From positions 2,356,001-2,420,000 of the forward strand of contig OZ296659.1 of assembly GCA_965655095.1 (NCBI GenBank): a stretch of DNA of 64,000 bases. Direction: 5' to 3'. Both the position numbers and the translations under genes were made by a program. Within the stretch, counting starts at the first letter, position 1, and each line of letters starts with the position of its first letter. This stretch comes from Haplodiscus bocki (taxonomy: Eukaryota). This document shows positions 13,891-25,680 of the stretch, in pieces. A model generated the notes under the pieces. The model did not search any database and was not told the DNA's origin. It saw only the letters and a program-made list of their open reading frames with translations.

Positions 13891-14213
13891 TCTAATCACA
13901 AATTTTTGCAAGATCTTCACAATGGTTCAAAAAAGAATAGTTTCAGCCTTTCTCAGTTTTGGAAAACTGCACTGTGATAATAAAATGCAAAATTATATTA
14001 CAATTTAAAACCGCAGAGGTGTAAAGGAAAAAGTCCGTTTCTTTGAGACACGTTTAATTGATTAAAAATATATAGATAGAAATCATTCATTCTAGAATAC
14101 CTGACAGTAGACACCATATTTCCGATTACAAAACGTCTAAAATTCACGATTCTGTTTTTTCCATCTGAGACACTTAAAGGGTGTCGGATAAATACACTTG
14201 TCCGAAGAACGAA

Positions 14214-14708
14214 AAACAAGACAGCCGGCTACCACCAGCATATTTAACGCCGACCAAGTTTGTTGAAGATGCCGTTTAAAGAGATGAACGCGTTTTTTAA
14301 AAATCTTTCTCCACCGAATTTTGTAATTTTTCCAAATTTAAAATTTTTGTCATTTCCGCAAAGAACACTCAATTCAGGTGAAAAAAACACATTTTAATAA
14401 AACAATATCATTTGTTTCACAATCTACAACAAATTTCCCACCTTTACCGACTTTGAAAAAATTCGAGTTTTTGTCAATAAAACTCCAAATTTTTTACCTT
14501 TTGAGAAATGTAACTATTTCAGTTGCATTCTACGGCAAATTTGCTATGATTTGGTAATAAAAAAATTTCACGGTCAGAATCTCGGATACTTTCACTTAAA
14601 TCAGACATAATGTCAAATCAGACAAAAGGGAAAAACGTACAGGAATTTTGACTTTAGCGTTTTGAGGGGATGATTTTTCTACCAAATTATAAACATGGGC
14701 GGAAAGAA
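14214..14708 (-). mobile_element. Helentron/HINE-like repeat (copy 2); partial copy at ~15117-15280
   Basis: acaagacagccggctaccaccagcatatt... colinear with copy 1. Confidence 0.65.
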
Positions 14709-15542
14709 AACAATGAGCGCTAAGAAATCAACATAGCAAAAACAGACCAAAATTCAAATAAACTGACCGATGAATTCAAGGAAAGGGAGAAGAAAATGTC
14801 ATGCGAATGAAGTTTTCAGGAACATTTGAACCACTTCTGATGCAAGCGAAAGTGAATTGGATCAGTTTAGCAGCACACGAAAGAATTAACGGAAGAAAAT
14901 AGAGGTTCACCAGCTGAGCTATATTACTCGGACAGAATGAATCCCACATCCGGCAAATATCAAAACAAGCATGAACAGAAAACTTTTTACTGGCTCCAAA
15001 ATTAACTGTTTATCGCTGTAACGATTTTGTTTCGAGTTACTGAAGAAAGAATGCAAAAATATTGGGCGTTAAGCCTGCACTGAATGCGAAATAAATGAAG
15101 ATATAATAATGCTTCGAATTTTTGGCAAATTTGCTATAATTTAGTGATAAAAAAATTTTCAAGCTCGGAATTCGAACATCCGACATTGTCAATTGGCAAA
15201 CATGTGGTTAAAAAACGTCGGAAATAGCCATTTTGAGTGGATGATTTGCCTTCGATATTATAAATATGGGCGGAAAATAACATTTTCTGAACTTTATCGA
15301 CAATAAATATAATTTTATTTTCGATTAATTATTTCCGAATTTTGAGTAGTTTTTCGCAGCAACTCAAATTATCATCAAAGTAATACAATGCATGTAACTT
15401 GGCAATAAATATTCTATCAACAATTTTAAAATCATCAGTGTCCAATAAAGTAATTATCCTCCGACAGCATGATTTGATAGACAAGCAGTTATGAATCAAC
15501 CTTCGTTCGTACATACGAACAGTTCACTGGAAGCAAAGTAAG

Positions 15543-15968
15543 CACAGAGACGAAGCGAAACTTCCTAACACATTCAGACATTCAAACTTTTCAGTTGAGA
15601 TCGCGGATCCCAGAAGACATTTGAAACCATGATCGGAGATGTGATTGTCATCTCATCAATTGTCAAAAAAAATTTGTTGGGAAAAGTCAAATTGCGACAA
15701 GTACATGTCACAGGGTGTCACACTAGAAAATTTGATGTCAATCAAGTCTTTTCAGGTTACGCCATTTTGTCGCCCAATATTTAAGAAGTTTTCACAGTAA
15801 ACAACGCGAAAATGAACATGTACTTGTCAAATTGAAGTCTTTGTTAATCGTTTACTCGAGATGACCTGACTCTGATCACGTCAAAAAATGCAAGTTTTGG
15901 ACAAGATTAAAAAAATAAGTATAAAACAGTTTCTAATACACATATAGTTCCTTTCAGTCAGAATGTGT
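15543..15968 (+). repeat. Interspersed repeat family B (second copy 40575-41008, partial ~24290-24480)
   Basis: Shared blocks gcgaaacttc, tttgaaaccatgatcggagat, ggaaaagtcaaattgcg, ttacgccattttgtc, ctttcagtcagaatgtg. Confidence 0.8.
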
Positions 15969-16789
15969 TTGTTAAAAGAGGACAGATCTTGAAATCAACA
16001 TGACCGACCTCAGCAGGAGTAGGACGGAAATGACCGAACGATGAGTTTCTATCAGAAGCGGAAACAGTTCCTCAAAGGGCACTGCAACCTCTCGGCCATG
16101 TTGCATATAGCGATCGTTTCGGAAGCTTCTTCTGCACAAACATTTGCTTCTTCCTTTTCGCTGACTCTCTTTTTGCATCTTTATTCACTGTTTACAATTT
16201 GCCAATCTTGAATGCTCACAAGGGTTTGATATCTGGGGACCCAACAATATCTGGCACAAGAGCCGCCACATACTGTATCCAGTTTGCCACTCAGAAAGAA
16301 CACTCTTAAGTTAGTTGCAAAATACGCTCAAATATATTCAATTCCAAATGCTGTTTCTACTATATTCAATTCTATTTACCTGTACTACAATTGAAAGCTG
16401 CACACACATCCAATAAAAAACGTCAAGAATGGACATCAAGCGTGCAGGCAATAAGCGTTTAAAAATAAGAAAAGATGGAAATTAGACTACTTTAACGTGC
16501 TGATAAATTCCGAATGAAAAAACGAAAAAAAAGAGAATATTACATCACGCAGCGAAAAACCACAACGAAAACTTTCTGGTAGCTTAGATGAATTCTAAAG
16601 AAGTTCACTCTTTGACTATTACCCAGCCCCATAAATTATCAGGCGCTTACGCAAGAATTGTATATGTAATTTTACGTTTTAAAAACCTAGATTACTTACT
16701 AAGGCCCAGAGATGCCTTGTTAGCACAAAATAGAATGTTTGAAACAATGAAGTTTGTGAACAACTTGTAAATCTAGGTTCAGATAGGGC

Positions 16790-17160
16790 TCTCCTATGCT
16801 TTGCCCGCCGCCACGTTCACATTGCTCTCCATTGGCTTCTGTTCTCGGTCAGTTCTTTGCACAGAGCAAACCCAAACCACTTCTGGTCAACTTGCAATTT
16901 TCTCAAATAAACTATAATATAATCTTGAGAACCTTTTCCTTACGCAGAACTTGTCCCAATTTTATCTCAAAATTGCGAAATCGAGCTCCAAAAATTCACA
17001 TTTAATATTGATGCAGAGCCTAGTCCAACAACTTTTTAACAAGCCTAGCAGGCAGACATTATTATCATTGATACCAAGTAAGGACATAAGTACCAAGGCT
17101 TTCACATTGTAGCAACAACACTCGAAATCAACTCTATCCTCTAAAATATTCCAACTTTTA
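16790..17160 (-). mobile_element. Possible 3' fragment of an RTE-clade LINE
   Basis: Minus-strand ...ELTENRSQWRAM resembles the RTE C-terminal 'A.DR..WR' motif; heavily decayed. Confidence 0.3.
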
Positions 17161-20100
17161 GTTCCAAGTTTTTACACCTTTTTTCGCCCAAAAAAATTTA
17201 CACAAATTTATACTTGAAAAAACATATATACTTGAGAATAACCTCATTTTTTAAAGAATGGGTAAAAATATAGGTGAAAGTATAAAATATTTGAGTATAC
17301 TGATGTATTTCTTCGTTAGGTAATTTATTTTTGAGGGTTATTTGAAGAGAATCCAGTAGCTTTGGGGGTCTTGTTGGTATAAAGTAAAAAAAGATTGCTA
17401 CTATCAGAAGAATTTTTTTAGGAGAATGAGTGAGATTGGTGCTCATCCAAAAACATACTCAAGTGAAAAAAAATTGATGATCATTCAATTATATACCCAA
17501 CTAAAAACATAGGGTTTGTGTCCATCCAGTTACCATAAGCAAAAAACTAATTTTGACAGCCATGTAATTGAATATCTAAGTAAAAAAACTAAGCTGGGTG
17601 TTCTCTAAATCAAAGATCTTAATAAAATTAACTTTTGACGGCCATGTAATTATACCCTGAGTAAAAAACAACAAAGTTTGGTGTCCATCCACCTATTTTC
17701 TTAAACATATCTTTTTATAGAGATAAAGAGATAAGAAGAATCTATTGATAAAGAAGTATTTTAAAAACGAAAAAAATATGATTGGTTGGATGGAGAAAAT
17801 GGTTGGAAGATCTTAGAGCAAAACGAACAAAAGATATATATGCTGGCTGGGAGAATCACGTTCGTTTCGCGAACGATCGAAAAAGCTGATTTTATTTTAG
17901 GAAGAGGGAAAGAACAATTATTGCGAACATGAATTGTATTTATACTTATTCAAAAAGAACAAGAACTGATAACTATGGTAGATTAGAAAATCGTTATACT
18001 CGAGAATGAAAAATTACTAAACCACAAGCTAAGTAAAAATCACTTGATCGTCATCTTAAACGATTAGAAAATTTTGACCCGCGATTTGCAAGTTTATTGC
18101 TCTATTTAACAGAAATTGACAGCTGTTCTCGGTATATAATTAGGTTTCTACAGTCAAGTTGATTATCATAGACTACGTGAACTTAAACTGATTTTCCAAC
18201 TTATCAACCTTTTGAGCTTCATATAAGGAAACAGGTTTTCACCAAGTTCACAAGATCTGTGACACAAAGTCTCAGGCGAGGCAAGCAATTTGACACTAAC
18301 AAAGGGAAACCCGGGTGTACTTTTCCATTTGGGGACCGACGACTGCCTCAGAAAAACCTATTCTGTTGGTTTTCCTGAAACAAAAGTCAAGGTGCGGATT
18401 TTTGCCTGTCTGGGCGAAGGTATATGAGAAAGTGCCATTTTACATCAACACCATTTTCCGGATAATTTTGCATCAAACTAAACCCTCTGATTCACATTCT
18501 TCTATCGTCTACAATTTCAACAAAGGACCGTTTTCTTGCAAAAATACTCCACGAATCTCACGAAGATACAGTTCGTGAGATGGGCAACAATCGCAACACA
18601 GGCGAAATTAACATCAAAAGTTCTCAAGAAACAGGTGGACGAATTTGGCGAAGCCGGGGGAGTCATTGGGACTGAGGGGACATTCCCGCAGAAAACTTTC
18701 ACCAAGTTGATGCGATTCAATACGACTACAACTTTGTTCACCAAGCTTGGCAAGTCGGAGGTGCCAGAAGACAAGAAAGTACCATCGCGGCTGGACGATG
18801 ATATCGGTCTCGGGAATGAATCCCGATTCACAACAACAATCTTCTCAGAAACTGGCGAGATGAGCAAAATTCTGCAACACCTAAATCACACTCATGAAAT
18901 TTAATGGTATTATTAGTAAAGCATCGGGTGAGAAGCAAAGAATTTTGTAAGCATAAGTGATATAACATCCATTCTATTTTAAAGTATTGTATCGAAGCTT
19001 CATTATTAGTTCAAAAAGTATTGATTGAATTGAATGTTTAGGGCAAAGGACGGCCTCAAAAGCTTGTGTGAACATCTTAAATTGCAACTGCCACACCAAG
19101 AAGTCCGTCTATGTGACGGTGAAGGCGTTCAAATATGAGACTGAGTGGTCGCTACACACTAGAGTTGGTCAGGTGATCACCCTTCACCAATGTGAAATGA
19201 TGCGACCAATCGTTGAATAAAACAATTACGTCGATGCGAAAGTGACAAGGGAAACGATTTGGAGGAGGCCGTTCACGAAGGAAGCGGCGAGGAAGAACAG
19301 AGGCCTCATGTGGTTTTCAGGCCACCAACAAAAAAATCAAGATAGCCATCAGCGAATGCACCGGTATAATCCGAAGAAGGCGCCACCTAAAAAGACAGTG
19401 TGGCTTAAACATCCGCTGCCACGAACGTGCCACCATGAAAATTCTAGAAAATACACTTGACAGTGACGAATAGGATAGATGACTTTGATTTTATGGTTCT
19501 GTACAACTTCTAAAAGTCGGTGATGGCTTCTCTATAATATCAATTTCGTTTCAAAGGTTACTGAAAACGAAAAAAAATGAAGGTATATTTGTCTTCATTC
19601 CGGCACAGAAATTCCAACTAGCAAAGTTTCTACGAGCTAATCGCTGGAAACATTCACTAAAAAGTGATTGAACAAAAGTCGGATAGCGAAAAATTCACGA
19701 ACACTAAATTACAATGACAAAGACCTCGGTTATTTTCGAACCCTTGAAAAACAAAAGATGAATTTCAATTTAGTTTCGATGCTCAAAGACGAATATGAGA
19801 TTCAATGGATGCGAAATTGAAAAAAAAGGCAAAAAAGGAGTCCAAAACTCCTTTCAAATTTGCTTCAAAAACGCGCCAGCGCTAGCGCGCTTAACCACGT
19901 GGTCCAAAAATTGCGACTAACATGAAATTCCAGTGGAACAAACCACCAGGCTACAATCACCACTGCTATGAAATTGACCTAACCGATTATATAAACAGCA
20001 CCTTTTAATAGTACAACTGTATTAAATAGAACAGCGTATGAATATAAATGAACTGCATTCACAAAGCCTATCTTCATGGCTTGCTTTGTGTACCGGCTAA

Positions 20101-21130
20101 TTAAACTTTACGTATTCACGTGGTATTTAATTTGTAATACGATATCAGGGACAACTGAAATGAAACCTTGACGAAATTTAGGGAGCTATGAAAATGTGCG
20201 GCAACCCCCCCAACACATACTACTTCCGCTTTACAAAATCCTAAGTGAAGAAGTCAATAATAGGAGATCAGATTTAAAAAGGTATTCTCAGAAAGCTTAT
20301 TACAAGGGCTACCACCTTTGTTATTTTATTTTTATAAATAAATTTTATAAATAAATTTCTATTTTATTTGCCAAACGAAGTAAATCAGAATGGTAGAAAA
20401 TTGCGTCCCAAAATTTAGTGAATGAATTATGCAAGCATTGCGTATATTGAGTAATTTTGGCAGCTGTCCTACGAAATCTTGACGATGACGCACGAAACAA
20501 ATTACATCATTTGTTAGTTTTGGTTATTCCCCAGAGTTTTTATCTTTGACATTTTTTTCACAACTATCAAGTTTCAGGAGAAATTGCGAAAAGTAAAAGT
20601 ATAAATTTAAAATCCTATTTTAAAACATTGATTTTCAGCCTTAGCAGATTCAACATGGATTTTGGAATAGTTTTTGAAAACCTTCATGCGGACAGATAAT
20701 ATCAGCTGTCACAGAAACATCAGAGGCACCTATTGATGAAATAAAATTCCATAATTAATTTTTTAAAGTTACAAAATTCTCATAAGAATGGAAAATTTGG
20801 CCAAAAACGCATTTTTTAGTTTTCGCTCTCTTCGTTGAAAATTTTTCAAAATGTATATTAAACATGGGCAGAAAGTGATAATGCACCGTAGTGGGAGTCC
20901 TTGGTCAACTAGCAACGGATGTTCAACGACATTGGCTGTCTCGGTTGTGTTTGTCTGCTGTGGTGTCTCGGGTGTTTTCGCAGCACTTGTTTCTTCATTG
21001 CACGTCTTCACTCTTTTTTGCTAACAGCATCACTGACACAACCGCTGTCAGTCACAAAAACTCAATTAATACGTATCCAGTAATTTTGAACAAGGGGCAT
21101 CCTCATAAATTCCAGTTGAAAAAAAAAACG

Positions 21131-21645
21131 TTATTTTGCGCCATATTTATAATATGGGAACAAAATCATCGACTCAAGAGGCCAAAATCCGACAATTTTT
21201 TACCCGATGTTTGCCAATTGCGGTCACGCTAAACGATGTTGGCCAAAATTTCTTCTCGTTTCTGAACGTGAAATTTTTTTTAACAAAATGTAGAAAACTT
21301 GCCGTAGAAGACGACTGAAATAGTAAGATTTCTCAAAACGTCCAAAGTTTGTTTTTTTGATTAAATAGATGGGTTTTTTTTCGAAAAACCTTCAATTTTA
21401 TCAAAATTGTTAATTGTGGTATATTTTTTTGTACAATGCGTATCAAATGGTATTATTTTTTAAAAATGTCTTTCCACCTTATCTGTAAGGTGCTTTTGGA
21501 TGAAATTCACAAAATTTTTCAAGTATGAAAAATTAGAAAATATGAGACAGAGTATGTTAAAGAAAAAAACTCTTTCATTTAAAAAGGCATCTTTACCAAA
21601 ATGGGAAGGCGCAAAATATGCCGGTGGTATCCGGAGGTCTTGTTT
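21131..21645 (+). mobile_element. Helentron/HINE-like repeat (copy 3, opposite orientation, best-preserved ends)
   Basis: 5' TTATTTTGCGCC ... 3' GGCGCAAAATATG-CCGGTGGTATCCGG-AGGTCTTGTT. Confidence 0.72.
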
Positions 21646-22057
21646 ATAAACCAAACAATAAGCATGGATGACAGTTCTTATTAGCATTGTTAAAAACTTA
21701 AATTTCAATCCTAACTACTAAGCACAATAAGCAATCAAATTACTCTGCGCACGTCGGTTTATGAGTGACCGATGATTCAACATTGAAGTTGACTTCGCAG
21801 TCAGTATAATTTCATCGCAGCTGAACATAGCAAAAAATTGCACATTGGCTCATCATTCCGTGCAAATGAGTAGACGGCGAAATCATTCGATTATTCTGAA
21901 ACTACCTTCTTATATTGCACTAGAAAAGCAAACATAGACATCAAACGAAAAAAGTAACTAAAATTGGCATTGAAATACTGTGAAATTCCAAATTTTGTGT
22001 TCTGTTCTGGCGGCAGACATATGTAAACAAGGGAAACGTGCTGAAACGTATGTTAAC

Positions 22058-22239
22058 CTTTTTAGGCGCAGGTATTTGTTGGGATTCGTCTGAGTGTTGA
22101 TTGCGAGAATCTTCGGCATCTTTGTTTTCGGCACCAGAAGGCGCCGTCTCTGTTAGTTCTCTCTGTCTGGCCTTGTCTTCTTCAGAGAGAACCGCAAAAA
22201 AGTAACTGCAATTATCGCATTTGACAAAACGAGTTGACG
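22058..22239 (-). CDS. CLPX: Host CLPX exon (second half of zinc finger to the PPPKK-like segment)
   Basis: Acceptor tttatttcag, then (S)STRFVKCDNCSYFFAVLSEED...QIPAPKK, then donor GTTAAC. Matches CLPX [20 protein letters not shown]...PPPKK. Phases (1 in, 0 out) fit both neighbouring exons. Not in the ORF track. Confidence 0.92.
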
Positions 22240-23524
22240 CTGAAATAAATAAAAGCCGTTCTCTCAGATGATCACTTTGTTTTCAATAGTGTACCACAAT
22301 GAAAGGAATAAGAATTCATTTCTCACAAATACTATATAGTTAATCATTGTTTTTGCGAATTGAAAATTATAATGTACCCAAACAGGCTCATTTATTGCAT
22401 TTAATTCAAGCCCAACATTTAACATTCGAAAATAACTGGCTACAGAGACCAATTTGAGCCTGCATTTGCTACATGTTCCGATCAAACTGTAAATTCAATT
22501 AGTTTTGAAAACTGAACAGCGGGAACATGCATATTGGTATCAACTTTTTTCCAACGTGGACCTCACTTTCACATCCTTTTCCTATCTTCCTATGGTATCA
22601 GCCTCATAATACATAGGAGGGGAAATGTCGAAAGCATAGAAAAATATCATCTAAATGAATTGCAATCATTTTAAAGTCTCCTAATATTATACATTTCCTA
22701 AAACTTACGTTCAAAAGATTTTATAGTACATGTCAGAATTTCTGAGAATTTGCGCGTCTTGCCGAAAATGAAAAGTATTTTACCTGTTGAAAGACCGAAA
22801 GCCTAACTGGGCAATGCAGTTATGAACGAGCAGCTCACTTGGCTTAAATGAGTGATAATAAAATGTTTCGAATCTTACCAACAATTTTTCCTTTGCAACA
22901 CTTTACAGCAATTATTTCTGCTCATCAGAAGCACTTGCATTGAAAAAAGGCATCAAGCGCTGAGAATTTAGATGAAGTTACAAATGGAATTTAGCGAATT
23001 TATAAAAAGTTCCCATGGCCTTGAAAATTCACACAATTCAAAGCCTCAAAATTTTCGGATTATACAATGGTCTTCAGGTGTTCAACGCGATGAATGGTCA
23101 CCGTTTTGAGCAAGTGGAAAATATGATGCCAACAACATTGACAAGTTTCAGATAATACTTGAATCAATTAAAACAGAAGAAATGGACGAGTAAAAAAAGA
23201 CGTTCGCTCTAGCTAGGGGAAGAAAAATAACAGGCGAAGCAGAACATCGCAACGCATTCTGACTTGTGAGCTGAGATCAAAGATAAAGTTTACACAACAA
23301 AGGTCTTGAGACATTTGAACCTTGATCCCATACACACTTGACGCTGAAAAACTAAAACAGGTATCTATCAAAAGGTTCGAAAGAAAAAACGAATTGAGGC
23401 AAGTACCAGGCACAGTGTCTTTTACTCGAAAAATTGATCTGCCAACCATGCCTTTTAAAATTTGCCATTGTGCAGTCCAATGTTTAAAATATTTACATAG
23501 TAGAAAACACAAAAATGGATATTA

Positions 23525-24276
23525 CTAGGTGTTCCAAAAACCGTTACATGTGAAAAATGTCAAGCTCTTTAAATAATTATTAAACAACAAGACCGCAAAC
23601 CAGCTCCAAAAAATTCTCATCCCACTTATCAATCATGAGGACTTTTGACTGAGGTAAAACATGAAAAAGTTGCAGAATTTCGATCAAATAAGTGTAAGCA
23701 ACTTCAGAATTGAAAGTGGTCAATTTCACAATTTGAGATTCAGTTTCAATTTTGACACAGAAATGAAGCTGTGCTTCAGAAAATTTGCGCCAATGGAATA
23801 CTTGTGAGCAAATCGAACAAGTTTAACTATTATAAAGGGATCACGGGATACTACAAAAGCTACTGATTAAAGGATTAGACAGAAATTTAATTAACTCAGT
23901 TACTTCGCATAGATTTCTATACAAGTGTAATAAGCACAAACGGCGATAAAAAAATATTTAATAATATAGCAATAATATTTCATTTGCTTCATATTTTAAA
24001 CACAAACACAGATTCTGAAGCGAAAATGACACCATGGTAGAGCATGCGACTGCGGAGCAAACGGTCCAGGCTCGAGTCTAGGCAACTCTTTTTTTGGTCG
24101 AATCTAGGAACTTGAGTTAGTTGTGAACTGATCGGAGAAAAATTAAGATTGTTATAATGTAATGGATAACAGGCGGTATGTGCCAACTTGAAAGAAGTTC
24201 CGATGTTTTGTTTACTACTATCAATCATTTTGAGAACCGGAATTTTTACATGTAACGTTTTTTTGGGGACACCGAA
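23525..24276. mobile_element. Tc1/mariner-like MITE with nested repeats
   Basis: Imperfect IR ggtgttccaaaaaccgttacatgtgaaaa / ttttacatgtaacgtttttttggggacacc, flanked by TA on both sides. Confidence 0.5.
24030..24190 (+). repeat. tRNA-derived SINE (related copy ~61135-61260)
   Basis: A-box TGGTAGAGC, B-box-like GGCTCGAGTCT (GGTTCGAGCCT in the second copy), shared body tttggtc.aatctaggaacttg. Confidence 0.55.
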
Positions 24277-24698
24277 TACAGTGCTCACATTGATATTTCA
24301 CTCGGTTTTTTCGGGTTACACTATTTTGCCACCCAATATTGAAGAGAACCGCTGGCCATTTTTGACCGTTTAGACACGATGACTAGAGTCTCTCTGATGA
24401 CGTCACAAAATGCAAATTTTGTACAGGATAAAAAACTATGCATAAGCCACTTTCCAATACACATTCCTCTTTTCAGCTGCATAAACGTAAATGTAAAGTG
24501 TAATAAATGAATGAGAGTAAACAAAAAAGAACTTATCCAGCTTCACTCAATCACTCAGCTGGCAAGTCACGAATCGGTTTGAGAAAGATGCTCGAAGATG
24601 CAAACAAAAAAAAACGAAATAAAATCTAAAGGCCTATCGGCTTAATGACAATTATTTTTTACAATAATGCTCACCACTGCACTAATGTGAGTATTGGC

Positions 24699-24876
24699 AG
24701 TAGTATTGTAAGGGGGGGGGTTTAGTGCTATTTTGGCTCCTTTGCAGTTTTTGCACAAATAAGAAAGTTTTGCAGTATATTGACAAAGAAAACTTCTTTG
24801 ACAGCCCATTGACAAGTGAAACCACTAAAGCGAACCCAAAATAGATTTGACAGCTGGCTGACAGGTAAATATACAT
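24699..24876 (+). repeat. Left terminal inverted repeat of the Polinton
   Basis: AGTAGTATTGTAA-G9-TTTAGTGCTATTTTGGCTCCTTTGCA...; aligns to the reverse complement of 39415-39603 with about 20 mismatches in the inner ~135 bp. Confidence 0.93.
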
Positions 24877-25680
24877 TTGTTCCAATTTTGATAAATTAAT
24901 CCTGACCCATCACGAATTCCAACAAAAACTGACACCGGGTGCCAAATTCAATAGATATAATACATTGAACGGCCTAACTATATTTTCGTACGAAAGCTTC
25001 TTTAATTCAACTGAAACTCTACGCAATTAAATGCAATGGTCGAATAATACCTTTACCGAAAACCTTCGACGAATAGCTGAAAAACTCAAATTGGCTGTTA
25101 CTCAAAGGGGATCGAAAACCATTTAAAATTGAACAAACTCCGATTTTTACTGAGAGAGGGTTTTCCTTTTTTCGATGAATTTTTGAACAAGCAAACGCTT
25201 TTGTCAGATCGGCAGATTGAATAATCAATCTGTCTATGACATTTTGAACATTCGTTCGCGTGTTTTTTTTGGGCATCGAAGTCCCAGTTATCACGGTGAA
25301 TGAATAAAGCAGACGAGTGAATGTAGCGGACCGCGTAATGAACTCACTGCGTTTCTTCATTTTACATGTTCATCATGATGCCATTGCTGAAACACAATTG
25401 CTTAGTTTTACTTACTCGTTTTTTGGCTCACTGTTCCACTTGCTCGCTTCAATCTTTCGGCAATGACGTCAGAAAAACTTGGATGATTTCGAATAGCCGA
25501 GACACAGTTGACTATCTCCATCTTATATGGGATTTTTGAATGCTCTTGAAAATTTAATAGGTGAGGTATTTCGAATGTTCTGATTAATATAGTAAATCAA
25601 TTCATTAGGAGAATAGCTTACATTTTGTTTTCTTGATGAGGAAAACCCTCTCGTCAAAGTAAATCCTTCCATTGATAATC

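Noticed and set aside
15972-16300. Fragment resembling a Ginger/KRBA-type transposase N-terminus (EELFPLLIETH)
   Set aside because: Single short motif with no catalytic region or ends.
18315-19460. Cluster of medium ORFs in the CLPX intron
   Set aside because: No domain recognised; probably a decayed transposon interior.
20769-21060. Exon-like Thr/Glu-rich minus-strand segment
   Set aside because: The flanking CLPX exons already join in phase and colinearly (PAPKK to IFQFLD), leaving no room for it.
25019-25360. 113-aa minus-strand ORF inside the Polinton left end
   Set aside because: No recognisable motifs; cannot be distinguished from a chance ORF in the pPolB promoter region.
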